NCBI GenBank assembly: GCA_036172245.1
Contig: JAYWIR010000012.1
Span: 2,418,001 to 2,482,000 of the forward strand
Direction: 5' to 3'
DNA length: 64,000 bases
Source of the DNA: Raillietiella orientalis
Taxonomy: Eukaryota
The stretch's first letter is position 1; every line of letters starts with the position of its first letter. The position numbers and the translations under genes were made by a program. Shown piece after piece: positions 25,201 through 36,810 of the stretch. The notes under the pieces were generated by a model. It had not been told where the DNA came from and did no database searches. It worked only from the letters and a program-made list of their open reading frames with translations.

Positions 25201-25400
25201 AGAGCACGCGCCCGTCCCGTCGAAGCGGACTCCGTTCGTGCTCAGTGGCCGTCACAGGATCCCGCTTTCCCTCGCTTGCGCAGCAGCAAACGCGTGCAAA
25301 CACCTGGAAGTGGACGATCCGTCTTCGCAGGCGTGGCATACGGCCACTAAGCGGCCACAAAGGGAAGGAGACCTGATGATCAGAGGAAGTCACGCAAGGA
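22260..25400 (+). mobile_element. Degenerate Helitron Rep/PIF1-helicase remnant (copy A)
   Basis: TPWNPRLMKF (VPYNP-L, ~22270), AGRFKGGRP (LL-x-GGRT, ~24230), VNYPRK...VPHC (VNYP-x-EF..PPH, ~24950), PFVLSGRHRIPLSLACA (PF-x-F-x-R-x-QFP-x-LAFA, ~25230), HTATKRP...LMI (YVA-x-SRV..L-x-I), colinear with Helitron RepHel. Confidence 0.5.
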
Positions 25401-28400
25401 GCCGAAAGATGGTGAGCCATGCCCTTCCGGCCAGGGCAAGTCCGGAGGGATTTCTGATAGGCTTCCACAGCTCTGCAACGTGAGGCAGAGGAGCGAAAGA
25501 ACACAAGTTGGCTGCTGGTTCCCTCTGAAGTCGCCGCCGGGACGGCGGGAAATTTCCGGGAAGCAGGGGCCAAACCCAGTCTCCTCCCGCGAAGTAAATC
25601 GGCTGAGGTCTGTGGATCCAAACGACCTCGGCTCGCTCCCCGACTCCAAACGGGCGAGAAGGCTGGTTTGCGGGAAGCTTGGACCTCGCTCTGGAGGATC
25701 CACATGCACGCGCGCGTCCAGGCTGCAGGCCAGGCCGAACGTGGAGTCCCGACGCGCCGCTCGCTAATGCTCCTAGGGGGGTCCCGCGGAAGACGTCGGT
25801 CATCGCGGGCAGAGGGACGAGGCAGCCGGATAAGAGGGGCCGCGCTCGAGAGTCAGGTCCACGACGACCTCACCCGGCCCACTGGGACACGCGTCTGTAG
25901 CCGTTTGCGGGTGCTCCGTCGTCGTCGGGGGACACAGCAGGCTGGGGCGAGTAGGGAGGGAGGAGGAGGAGGAGGAAGGAAAAGAGGCGGAGGAGAGAAG
26001 GCATGACGGTGCGCGTGCACGGGGGAGGGAGCAAACTTGCTCCTGGAGCCGCGGACGTCACCACCTCTTGGTGGTGGAAGCGGGCTCTCTGGCGAGAGCT
26101 TGAAGTCTTATGCGAGGAGAGAGCCTTCGAAGCTGCTGCTTTTGGGCACGGGTCAGTGGATTGCACTCCCTAGAAGGGAAGGAGCTACCCCTCAACAAGT
26201 GGGGCGGAAGGGATCCGCGGGGCAGCGTGTCCACGCCCTGAAGCCGACCCCGTAGTTCGCGCTTACAAGGTGGGATCGTCCTCTACAGGCAGGGCAGCGG
26301 CCACGCGGACAGTTCCAGGTTTCCACGCGTAACGGGGGAGTCGACGAAGCTCGTTCTTTGCCTCTGGGCATGGTCAGTCGATTCTCGTCGGCACGCGACC
26401 TCATCTCGTTCCCAGCGGTCGTTCCGCTTCCGCGAACGCGCTAGGTTGTTGACCTTTGCCTTCGGGCCGACGCAGTGGACCCTGCTGATAGCGGGGTTTC
26501 ATCTGCGGTTCCGTCGGGGTTCGACGCGCCGAGGGCAACGAGGGCTCTCGCGATGTCGGGCGAGTGTCCTCCCCCCCCCCCCTCTCCTACTCCCTGACGT
26601 GTGTTCCTGGAAGTCCACGTGACTCGGGCACGTCTAGTGCAGCTTCAGACCCAGGGGGGAGGCTCGGGAGGGAATCCTCCGAGCTCCGGAGAGGACAAAG
26701 GCACCTTGTTTCCTGGAGCTGCGTCTGTCTCTAGGGACTGCCGCCCTCGGACCTCGCGAGCGCAGGTGCGTCGGATGCGTGGCCGATGGCGCCGATCGGA
26801 CTAGGAGACGCTTCCCCCCTTCCGGCGCGACGCCTAGGCGCGCTGCAGGACGACAGCCTCTCGCAGCCGGAAGCTGGAGACGCTTCCGCATCAGCAGAGT
26901 GAATCAAGGAAGGACGGTTGGCGTGCGCGCGCGCGTCTCTGATACAGTTGTCAGCATACTGGAAGATTGAGACGAGGAATGCATCAGTTGCTCGTCAGGC
27001 GGGCGCGTGATTTTGCTCCGTCGCCGCTGCCGCGCTGAGCATCCGCGGCTCGCGATCGATAAGTCGTCATGGTGATTCCGGGAGGGGATCGCATCTTCAG
27101 CGGCCGAGAGCCAGCTAGAGATCGGGCTGCGCCTCGGATGCGGGGAGGCGCTCGGAGGAAACCGACCCTTCCTGGCGGGAACCCGGAGGAATAAAATCGG
27201 AAGGGCTGTGCCGGACAACACGAGAGAGTGCGCTCCATTCGCGACTTGCCTTTTGTGACGTAACGACCGCAGGAGCGAAGGGACGGAAGGGGAATCTGTC
27301 AGAGCCCTGGGATGGGCTGCTGCTGTCAGCACGCCGGGAATTTTCCCCCTTTCGAGGATGCACGGTCGGAAGGGAGAACGTCGGGGGGGGGGGGGGAAAG
27401 AGGGGGATCTACTCCCCCTGCCGTTTTCCCCGGGCAGCCCGGGCTAGTTGTTGCCGTGGAGAAGTGCGGACCAGACCCAGACTGGAAGAGGGTGCGGGTC
27501 CTAGCGGAGGGATTTGTCCTATCCCCTTCACCTGACCTCGAAGAGGGCGCTGGTCCCATCCGGAGCCAAAGGGGGTGACCTCGCGCCGTGCTGCCGCCGC
27601 TGCAGACGCGCACGCGGTAGCGCTTGCCCGTGAGAGACGCAGGTGGGATGGGCGCACGTGCATCACGTCTCGTGCGAGGGGGCAGGGAAGAGCCGAAGCG
27701 GACCGTTGGTGCCGTCTTTCGGCGCCCGCCGAGCGGGCTGCACGGGTGGAACGGCTTCCCCTCCGCGGACAGAGCTGCAGGAGCTGGTTGCCACGGTACC
27801 CTCGGGACGAGGCCCCTTCACCTCTGGGGCGCAAGAAGGGGAAGCAAGGAAGGGAGGGGGAGGGAGAAAAATCCTTGCCTCCCGCCTCCCCGACCGCAGC
27901 TGTGCCAAGGAAGGTCCATTCCTTCCGGGTGCTACTGCGGTGCCCCTCCGGGATTCTTGGAGGAGCACTGCGCCCTCGCACGCGTGGGGTGATCCGTGTC
28001 CGCCTCGAGGGGAGGAAGGGAAGGAGGGAACGGACCTGTGCCCTCCTACTCCCTGGGGGACTCCGGTGGCCCGACAGAGAGCCAGTGGATGCGTTCCCCT
28101 TCTCTGAGATGGGAGGGATTTTCCGGATCAGCGTGCCTTTCGCAGCTTCCCTCGCGAGGATCCGAAAACTCTTCTTGAATCGTTCCAGACTCTCCCTTTT
28201 TTCCTTTCTCCCCTTCCCGTTTCTTCCATTCCTCCCTCCCTCCTGTCCGTTTTCTTATTTTTTTTTTTTTCTGGGATTCCTGAAAGCAGAGGGAAGGAGC
28301 GCGCGCGGGGAAACCCCAAGCCGAAGAGCCAGGAAGAAGGCGGTTCCTCCCAAGACGCCGTCCGAGTTCGGAGGGAGTCAAAGAGAGCCGGGAAGACGTC

Positions 28401-29174
28401 TCCCGGGAACGGATGAGTCTCGCCTGATCCGGAGGGAACCCGGAAGCTAGGGAGGACTGGAGGAAGAAGAGGGGGGAGGACAAAGGGAAGGGGACTGACT
28501 GCGGGTCTTTTGGGGAGAAGGGGAAGTCCCGCACCGGACGCTGGACCGTCAGCAGGAGGTGCCTTGATGTGGCGGAACGAATGGACGCCCGCGGCGATCC
28601 TTCACGCGCAAGGTCTTTGCTGCCACTCGCCGATTCCCGGAGGGGAAGCCCGTGGTGCTCCTCCCTTCTATCCTCTCTCTTCGACTATCCCGGCGGATGG
28701 ATTCGCCGCTGCCGAGAAGACCGGCCCTGCCGTGAACGGGCCGTGGCAGGCAGTTTAGAACACCGGAGCTGCGCAACGTGGGTGAGGATATGGAAAGAGG
28801 GCGGGAGGAAGGTCACTCCGCTTTCATCTACCTGCTCCCAGTCGGACGCTCCGGATGGGAGGGACGTTCGAGATTTCCCTGACCCGGACGTTGGGGTCGC
28901 CCATGCCAGCGGGGTCGCCAGCTCGGAAGCGCCTGTTCCCGAGCAGCGCGCGGAGGCCCCTGCTTATTTTTGTTGTTTTTTTTTTGGTGGTCCAGAGGCC
29001 TTCCCGCTCACTCATGTTCCACAGGAGGCTTCCAGGATTCCACAGCGTCCCACCATCGGGAAACGATGGGGATTCCCTGATTGCTTCCCGGAGGCAGGCC
29101 AGCAGGTGTCAGTAGGAGTCAGGAGAATGAAGACGAGGAATACGACGGCGCTGATGACCACGACGATGATGATG

Positions 29175-29396
29175 GGGAGGAGGAAGGGAGGAGGAAGGGA
29201 GGAGGAGAAGAGAAAGGGAGGACGAAGGGAGAAAGGGAGGAAAGGAGGAAGAGAGGAGGAAGAAGAGGAGGAAGAAGGAGGAAGGGAGGAAGAGGAGGAG
29301 GTGGAGGAAGAAGGAAGAAGAAGGAGGAAAGGAGGGGGAAAGGAGGGGAAGAGGAGGCAGGAAGGGAGGGAAGGAAGGGAGGGAAGGAAGAGAGAA
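29175..29396. repeat. Long purine-rich GGA/GAA low-complexity tract
   Basis: About 220 nt almost entirely G and A on the plus strand; it creates the spurious E/G/R/K-rich ORFs in the track. Confidence 0.9.
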
Positions 29397-29879
29397 GTCC
29401 AGCAGCAGGAGAGATGCGCGCCGCCGGCATGACGGAGACACGGCCGACTTCTTGGAGCGTCCGCGTAAGGATCGCCCGCCCTTTCGCCATCCGCCCCAGG
29501 GAGTTCCCTTTCCCCTCTCTCCTTCACCTCCCCCCTTCCCTCGACTTGCTCTGGTTCGCTCGGGGAACCCGCATGGTGGTGCCGCTTGTGCAGGGAGGGT
29601 GCGAGGGCAGGGACTGTGGGGCTCCCCTCCCCGGGAGCAGCCCTTCCTCGCTCCCGCCAAATGGCGGCTCCCTCTGTGACCGGAATGGTGGAAGATCCAA
29701 CCTGATTAAGGAGCGGATGGAGATGAAAGAGCGAGGATTTCGAACCCATCGAAAGTGGCTGCTGGTAATTCGCGCTCCGGGGACCGCTCGTCCCGCTCCC
29801 GCGCCCCTGCAATTTGCCGCTGCCTCCGTTTCTCCCTTTCGCCAGGGGGAGCGGCCGCCACGAAAACGCTCTTGGTCCG

Positions 29880-31200
29880 CCGCCGCGGAGGCAACGAGGA
29901 AGGCGGGGACAAATCCCCGGGGACCGATCAAGGGCGCAGAAGGGGTGGTCCACGGGTGCCTCCGGCCACCCTATGCGCGCGTCCGCCCCTTGGGGATCCG
30001 AGGAACAAGCGAAGGAGAGCTCTCCTTTCCTCCCGCCCTCCATCCCTTGCCGGGTCGACCCATCGCGCGGGCGTCGGCTCCTGGGGTCAAGGCGCCGCTC
30101 TGATGCGGCGCGTGAGGGTCAGGACCATCCGGGCTGCTGCGGGCCGGCTCCAGGACCGTCTCGGAGCGCGCATCCTTCTCGGCGGCGCCTCCTCCACAAG
30201 AGGCAGGATGGCTTCGCTCACAGCATCTTCCGGAGGACCGCCAGCGAACACCCGGAGCTGGACCACGCAGGAGGCGGTTCTCTACAGAGAGAAGCAGCTC
30301 AGAGAGAAGCACCGACCCTCCCCGCGGACGCGAGAGGAAGATGCCTGCCCACGCGCGCAAGCAGCAAACCCCGAGGACCGGAGTCCCGAGGAGGCTTGGC
30401 TCTCCCGTGCTCGAATGCCTTTAGCCCAGCACATCTCCCAATGAGGAAAATCCGTCGGCGTTGCTGCAGGACTTAGCTGCTCCAGCACTGCCAGCCTCTC
30501 AGGAGAGGACCTCTTGTTTTCTGCTTCAGAAGACCAGACGGTGGAGAAAAGGCTGGAACTTGGAATCGCGACGAAAGCCTGGAGGTCGCCAGCCTGCCGT
30601 CGCCGGAGAAACCACATCAGGAGAGAAGACAGAGCCCCGAAGACCGTCGTCTCCGCCTCTCTTTTGCAGCCCTGAGCGCGGCAGGGACAGCGGAGGCACC
30701 CCCTCAGCAATCAGAGGCGCTGCGAATGCCAACCGGCCGAGGGTGACCCGCTGACCCCACCTCGATGCGTCCCTACCCTTGCAGTTCCCTCGATGCTTCT
30801 CTACCGCGCGCCATCAAGAGGGGAGGAAGCAGAGCAGCACCGAAGAGCGGAACGGGGAAGAGTTTCTCCGGCAAGCCGGGATGAGCCACCTTGGCGAAGT
30901 CGCACTCGTCCTCACCTTCTCCTCCGGAAGGAGGTGAGGTCGTCCTGCGACTGCCCAGAGCTCCGGCTTCCGCGCGAAATGGTCCTTCGTCTCACGGAGG
31001 TTCCCAGCTGCTCTCTGCTTCGAAGGCTGCCTCGAGGAAGATGGCAGGGATGGCGTCTGCGCAGCCGGGATTCTGGGAGCATAGGGAAGGGGGAGGAAGA
31101 AGCTGCGAAGGATCCCCCTCCAGGCTTCATCCGCGAGCACTTCCCGGAAGGACCGTTGGCGGGGTCGATCTGCGGTGGTGTCTTCCCCAGCAAGAAGACC
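29880..31200 (-). mobile_element. Degenerate LINE ORF2 3' half (RT thumb, RNase H, C-terminal Cys/His region)
   Basis: VLADEAWRGILRSFFLPLPYA...QRAA...LWAVAGRPHL (L..WG..LR..Y..QR..AL..AG-x-PPL, 31150-30900), AETTVFGALSSLL (S/TVF-x-AE) and MCWAKGIRARESQASS (W-x-K-x-H-x-G..GNE-x-AD, ~30430), then RSETVLEPAR and VDHPFC...CPRL. Confidence 0.5.
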
Positions 31201-31314
31201 TTTTTTTTCTCTCTCTCTCTGCAAGGTCAGCCGTCTCAGAGTGCTGCGGGAGGCAAGAGGCTTGCGGCTCGCCACGTCCTCCTGGACGGAGGGCACCTCC
31301 ACCGCCTCCGTGGG

Positions 31315-32460
31315 TCATCCGCTAGGGGTGATCTCGCGCTTGTTTCCGGCCAGCAGATCCAGGAACTCGAAAGTGGTCAGGTGGTCCTCTATGACAACGC
31401 TGCCGGCGTCCTCCGTGCAGAGCGCGAGGTCCTCCGTCATGAAGCAGCTCTCGATGGTACCGTTGCAGACGGACTCCAGGCACCGGGAGTTTTCAGCAGA
31501 CCATTGCCGTCCAGCGAAGCTCGGCAGGCCAGTCCCTTCTTCCACGCAAAACTGGACGCTGGGGAATGGTAGACATGTCCTTGCCCTGCTGGCGCAGGCA
31601 GCGGTGCCTGGTGACTGTGTCGCGAGCGGCCTCTGACTCCCTGATCTTCTCGCCAGCGCGCACCTGGACAGAGGTCATCAGATCCAGAGAACCGGACCTC
31701 CGGGCGACGCTGTAGGACTGCATGTCCCCGTCGTAGCTCTTGCAGGCCCCACATGAAGCCGCCCTTGGATTTCATGACCTGGGCGACTATGTCGTCGATC
31801 AGCCTGCGCTCACAGCTCAGGCCTGCCTCCTCGAACGTGGACTGATAGCTCGTCTGCACGCCTCCTCGAAAATGTCCCGGAACTTTCCGTCTTACTGTTT
31901 CAGAATGGCGCTCTTGGTGCTGAGGAAGAGAGGCAGCTGGCACATCACTGCATACTGGAACAATGTCTCCGCGAACTTCCTGATGGACTTTCCCCCCTGA
32001 TGGACTTTTCCTTGTTGAACATGGCCATGGAAACCCCGAGCCTGTTCACGATCTGCTCGCTGCTGCTCCATCCGCGGATGTCTGCTGCATCTTCAGCATG
32101 CCTGGCGGGGAGAATCTCCGTCTCTTAGCACTGGTCCTCCAACGCATGGTCTTTGCATCGTTCGGTAGGCACATGGATTTCAGCACCCGCAAGGGTCAAC
32201 ACATCGGGTCGTCAAGGCAGCCTCCCCTTAGGAGGGAACCGCAGAAGATATTTCCAATGAGGAATTTGTTCGCCAGAGCTGCCTGAGGGAGTCCCAGCGT
32301 CGAAGAGTATCACGAGATGCGCGGAAGCGAGCCGTCCCCGTCGGTCGGAAAGTAGCAGCCCGACGGGACTCCTCCAGCGGTCCGCACAGCTCCGAAAAGA
32401 CCTCGGTGGGCGCACGTCGACGAGTCGAAGCCGTTGAAGTGCTCGTCGCGGTAGTCAACC
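31315..32460 (-). pseudogene. Idh: Processed (intronless) pseudogene of NADP-dependent isocitrate dehydrogenase, 5'-truncated, with stops and frameshifts
   Basis: Consecutive IDH1/2 blocks across frames: RAATFRP (KCATITP), LRQLWRT/IGNIFCG (LKQMWKS..IRNILGG), HALEDQC* (HAFGDQY), GVSMAMFN, LPLFLSTKSAILKQ*DGKFRDIFEE, ERRLIDDIVAQVMKSKGGFMW, ACKSYDGDMQS, GSLDLMTSV, ESEAARDTVTRH, FAWKKGLACRASLDGN, TIESCFMTEDLALC, HLTTFEFLD. About 1.15 kb covers about 370 residues with no room for introns. A short tandem duplication (aaagtccatcagg twice) lies near 31980-32010. The 5' limit is approximate. Confidence 0.93.
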
Positions 32461-32479
32461 ACCCTCGTAGTTGACTACT

Positions 32480-33190
32480 CGTTCGCAAGGTAGCGCTTTA
32501 GGGGCAGTGGAGCGGATTCTCCCTCCTCCAGGGGGAGGCGCATCGGAACGGCTGCTTCAGGGTTCGAACCTTCGCGAAGCCGCACGTGCGGAAGGACGCC
32601 CGGGAATCCCCACCTGCGCCTGGACGAACGTTCCGAAAAGGTGCGAGTCTCCTGCGTGGAGGAGCAGCCCGGCTTGGTGTCCGGCCGGAGAACATCCCGC
32701 TCGCGCCTCGGCGGCAGATGCCGGAAGTGCGGAAAGTCCGGCCACGCGACGGCCTGCCCACGCCAGGCAGCGGGCCACGAGCGCGAGGGTGACGACGAGT
32801 GCAACGAGCGGCTGGCATTCCAGGGATGCCTGGCCCCCGAACGGGCTTCGAAGGACCCGCCACCGATCGAGCGCTCCAACTCCGCTTCCGGATAAAGGAA
32901 AACCTCTCTCGTCCAGGAACGAAGTCCTGGACACATCAGAACTGCCCGTCCCCGAGTCCCAGGGGGCGCAAGCACTTCAGTGGGCAACATCACCCAGCGG
33001 GAAGCTACCGTGGGGACAGCGGACGAGTCTCGAACCAAGGCAAACGCTGGAGGCCCCGGGTTAACTGCGATCGACTGCGGATGACCTTCGCCGAGGGTCT
33101 TCTCGATGATGAGGGTTGAGGTTCGGGAAAAGGAGGGACGGGAGAAGAAACGGGGAGACGAGGGACGTAGCGATGCGCGGTAGGGCACAT
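32480..33190 (-). mobile_element. Degenerate LINE ORF1 (gag-like) remnant
   Basis: SFSRTSTLIIEKTLGEGHPQSI (SPF-x-I-x-KA..G-x-PKS), RGRAVLMCPGLRSWTREVF (RGVI..DL..EEI), KVRTLKQPFRCASPWRRENPLHCP (VRPY-x-P-x-P-x-RC..C-x-R-x-GH...C), the pattern of ORF1 in arthropod RNase H-containing LINEs. Confidence 0.55.
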
Positions 33191-35028
33191 CGGTTCTTCC
33201 CTTTCTCCACCTTCTGCAAACCCACCTTTGCCCGGCAGGAAAACCTGGAGTGGAGTGTCAGGGGCAAAGTTCAAAGTGTTGCCGGGAGGTTCTCTTCGTT
33301 CTCCCCTGTTGGACTGCTCCGTGTTAAAGGAGCGCTTGAATTCGCCCTACCGCACGTGGGACTGGGAAAAACGAAAGGAAGTGATGCTCCCCCCTCCTTA
33401 CTCTCAGAACGGGGTTCCCAGGAAGACGAACCCTCCTTCGTCCCCCCCGCCGGACCCACAGAGTTGAATCCCGCATCGCTTCGGTGGGGCGATGGAAACC
33501 GAGGGGTGCGCGTGGCGCGGCTCCTCAGGAAGGAGCAGCCTCCAAGGAACAGGGAGGTCTGTAGGAGGCGGTCTGGTGAAAGAAACCCTGGTAGCCAAGC
33601 CAGGATTCTCGGAAAGTAGTGCCCAGGAGAGACAGCGTGATCTCTTAGGCGACCCTTGCGGGCTACCGGAACGAAGGGGGAACACGGCGAAGGCGCAAAA
33701 GCGACCCCAGCCGAGGAGGACTTTCCCGCGCGAAGTTTTCGAGGGAAGTCGTGGGACTGTCCTTGCGAATGACACGGGCGTGTTCGGGAGTTCGCGCGCG
33801 AGCCAGTAAGTAGCGGGAATAACTTTCCCTGGCTAAAGTTGAGGGGTTTCGCGATTTTTTCTCCTGCTGACTCGAAGGCGCAAGCTGCATGCTTTGGCGC
33901 GCAGCGATCGGATTAGCTCCGGCGCTGCGCCAAAACAGCGCGATCGTGAGGCTGGAACCCCAAGCAGACCGGCTGCAGGGACTTCGAAGGATCTCGAGTG
34001 AGACCTTCCGCACGTCAGGGAACAACGACTTCTTCGCTTCCCACGATCCTATGGATTCCCCGTGCAAGATGGAACCAGAGCCATTTTACCAACTAATTAG
34101 AATTAACGACCTGTTCCCACCATCAATTTTTCAAAACATCTAATTAAGGATGGAAAGAATTCGATTCTTCAGCTAGCGTAAGCAAATTTGGCAGCACTGA
34201 CGAACCTGATTTCTATTAATCTGTAAAGGAACCAATAGGCTCGCATTTGGCTTCCTCGCCATACTGGGAGATGCAGCAATTTCCGTGGATCGCTGGAGAG
34301 TAAGTTGCACTTTACTCGCTTGCTTTCTTTGCATTTACCGAAACGAATTCGTCATCTGACGCCAGCCTCCTCTCGTTATAGACGGCGCTATGTGATTCAA
34401 AAATCCAACCGTTCATTTAGATTTCAAAAATAATGGCATCTCACAAGGAGGGATCGCATCTTCCCTGCAGCACGCAATGCTCTCCCCAGGAACAACACAT
34501 TTGCCAGAAAAAAAAAAAAAAAAAGGAAAAGAAAGGATAAGCGATTATTTGTTAATCCGGTTCCACGGGAAATTTAGAGAGCTGCACCTCTTGCGGCAGT
34601 GAATTAAATGATGTGACACGTATCCATATCCACCAGGGAAGAATGATAAGGCGGCGTTGAGGATCTTTCCTGCCAACATGATGGCGACTTGATTCCTTCG
34701 AGAGTCCATTTTGATCAACGGGTTGAGGCAGGGATTACCGCGATTTCGATGCATTTTAATCGCAAGTAGGCCTTCTTTTTTTGTTATTGGGAGAGGGAAG
34801 AGGGAGGGAGGGGAGCAGAATTAGCATACCAGGCCTCCGTCCCTCGATTTAACTTTCCGCACTTCACGTGCTGCGCAGTGCACGATGAGAATGCTGATGG
34901 ACTGTGGAATATTTAGAAGATTGCAGAGGAGTTGCCAGATTGTCTTCACAGGAAAGAAGAAGCTTTGAGTTACATTCGGTATGGGTTTTTTTTTTGGGGG
35001 GGGGGGGAGGGGGGGTTCTTTTCTTCCT

Positions 35029-35150
35029 TTCAAATTATGTCCTTTTTGTATTTTGTCAAAGGGAACGACTTTGCATGATTTTTCTTTGTTCTAAATTACG
35101 TCCTTTGTATTTTGTCCAAAGAAGGAACGACTTTGCATGATTTTTTTTCT
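35029..35150. repeat. Tandem duplication, two copies of about 60 bp
   Basis: ttc(t)aaatta(t/c)gtccttt..gtattttgtc..aaag..ggaacgactttgcatgattttt occurs twice head to tail. Confidence 0.9.
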
Positions 35151-35749
35151 TTTTTCTTTTTTTATGCATCATTTTTCGATTTTGCCATGCACAGTTTCTG
35201 CTCCCTCATATTTGGCATTTTGCTGTTAATCACATGGTGGCAACACTGAAGTGCTTAGGCTCCTTTTTTTTTTTTTCTGTTTTCGCACACTAAAATAAAG
35301 AAATGCTTTGTCATGTTCAGAGGGGGGGGGGGGGGAGGGAAACTGAAATAAAATTTGGAAAAAAATGGACACTAGTAATTGAGAGTGTGAGAGGAACAAC
35401 CAACAGAGCAAAGATCTTCACGATGCAACTCTCATCTCGCTTTCTTCTTAAACCGGCAGTTCTTAAAAAGGTGAAGGGAGGCTTTCTCACCGCTCTTCAC
35501 TTGGAGTGATGGTATTTTTCTAAGCACCAGTCCGCTAAAACGCTTTAAAGATTATTTCTTTCTACCTCTATTTTTTGCCATTTGTTTTCAACGTGATCTT
35601 GGGATAATCGATGCGCCGTCGGTGATTCCGTTCCTGTTTCTTCTTTGCAGATGCCATTTAGCATTTTTTTCAATCAGGACGACAAGACAACTTCCCGAAG
35701 TCAATTACGCGAAATGCACTGCAGCTGGCTGCTGAAAAATCATCAGCAA

Positions 35750-36810
35750 TGTCGGGATGGCACTAAGCATTTCCCCATGGTCCTGCGGCATTCGTGTAGT
35801 TCGAATTCTTTGGGAGAATGTAGAAACCCTCATGATTGCCATTAGCATTTGCCAATGGTCAATTACAACGAGCGTTCGGAAGCATTGCCGCACTTCTTCC
35901 AGGGAAATGCGTGCTACGGGCGAAAGAGAGGATGGGAAGCTGCGTCTTCGGGAGCAGGACTTTGGGGAACCGATTTACAAGAGCTCACATCCCCCACATC
36001 CATTAGGCAGAAGATCTGCTGCCAATCGGTGGGGCTCGCAGACTTCGGTTTGAGGCGCAAATTGGGATTCGTTCCGAATCTCCAACGGAGCAGCAATTTA
36101 CATCCCCTGAATAAACTGGACGAATCTCTTTGCGAAGCGACGATTTGACACAAGATATCTGCAGTCTGCAGGCAATCGAGAGGGCTCCTCGTCCAAGCAG
36201 GGAGGGAGCGCGTGTGCTGCCCAGATTCGGGCGACAATTCATATCCGGCGGAAGTTGCTACCGAGGAATCGGATGCTGGACGCCAGTCGCTCATAAACGG
36301 AAAGCGGAAAACGGAAGCAGGAAACGGGACACTTTGGAAAGGTCTGCACTCTGGAAAGAGTCCTCAGCAATGGAAGGTCGCCGTAAGCGAAGGATTAGGA
36401 GCCCTCGTAACGTGCCCCGACCATCAACCAGGGTGTTCTGGGGAACGGATTTGAACAGTGGTGGAGAATCGCCGGATGAAGGAGGGAACTATGGTAGTTT
36501 CGTGGAGTCGTGGTCTTTGCGTGCTGAGATCGGGGTGCGGTGGAAACTTCAACACGAGGACGAGTCCCAGCGGCGCAAACCTTCGTGCAAACCTCCGGAG
36601 AAAAAACTCATGGTCCCCCCTTCCTGCGTGAACCCTTGGATGTTCCCCCTGAGGCGGAAACAGAATGTCATGCTGTTTCTGCACTGGGGTTTCCAGCGCG
36701 GCCAGCATAGAAACCTGGTTGCCTGGGGTGTTTCATCCCCAAACTGTTTGAGGCGCGGGGCGATGGGATGGCTTCCGCACGTGTTGTCGCACTGCGGTGC
36801 CTTCCAGTAA
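35750..36810 (+). mobile_element. Degenerate LINE 3' end (RNase H and terminal Cys/His motif)
   Basis: PDSGDNSYPAEV (S-x-Y/F-x-AE), WKESSAMEG (W-x-PSH-x-GI-x-G), and LRRKQNVMLFLHWGFQRGQHRNLVAWGVSSPNCLRRGAMGWLPHVLSHCGAF, matching RR..V-x-L-x-RLR-x-GH...P-x-C..C...H-x-L..C..F. Confidence 0.6.

Noticed and set aside
29012..30103. ORFs of 340 and 343 aa on opposite strands
   Set aside because: They are produced by the purine-rich tract and GC-rich decayed sequence, with no domain signature.
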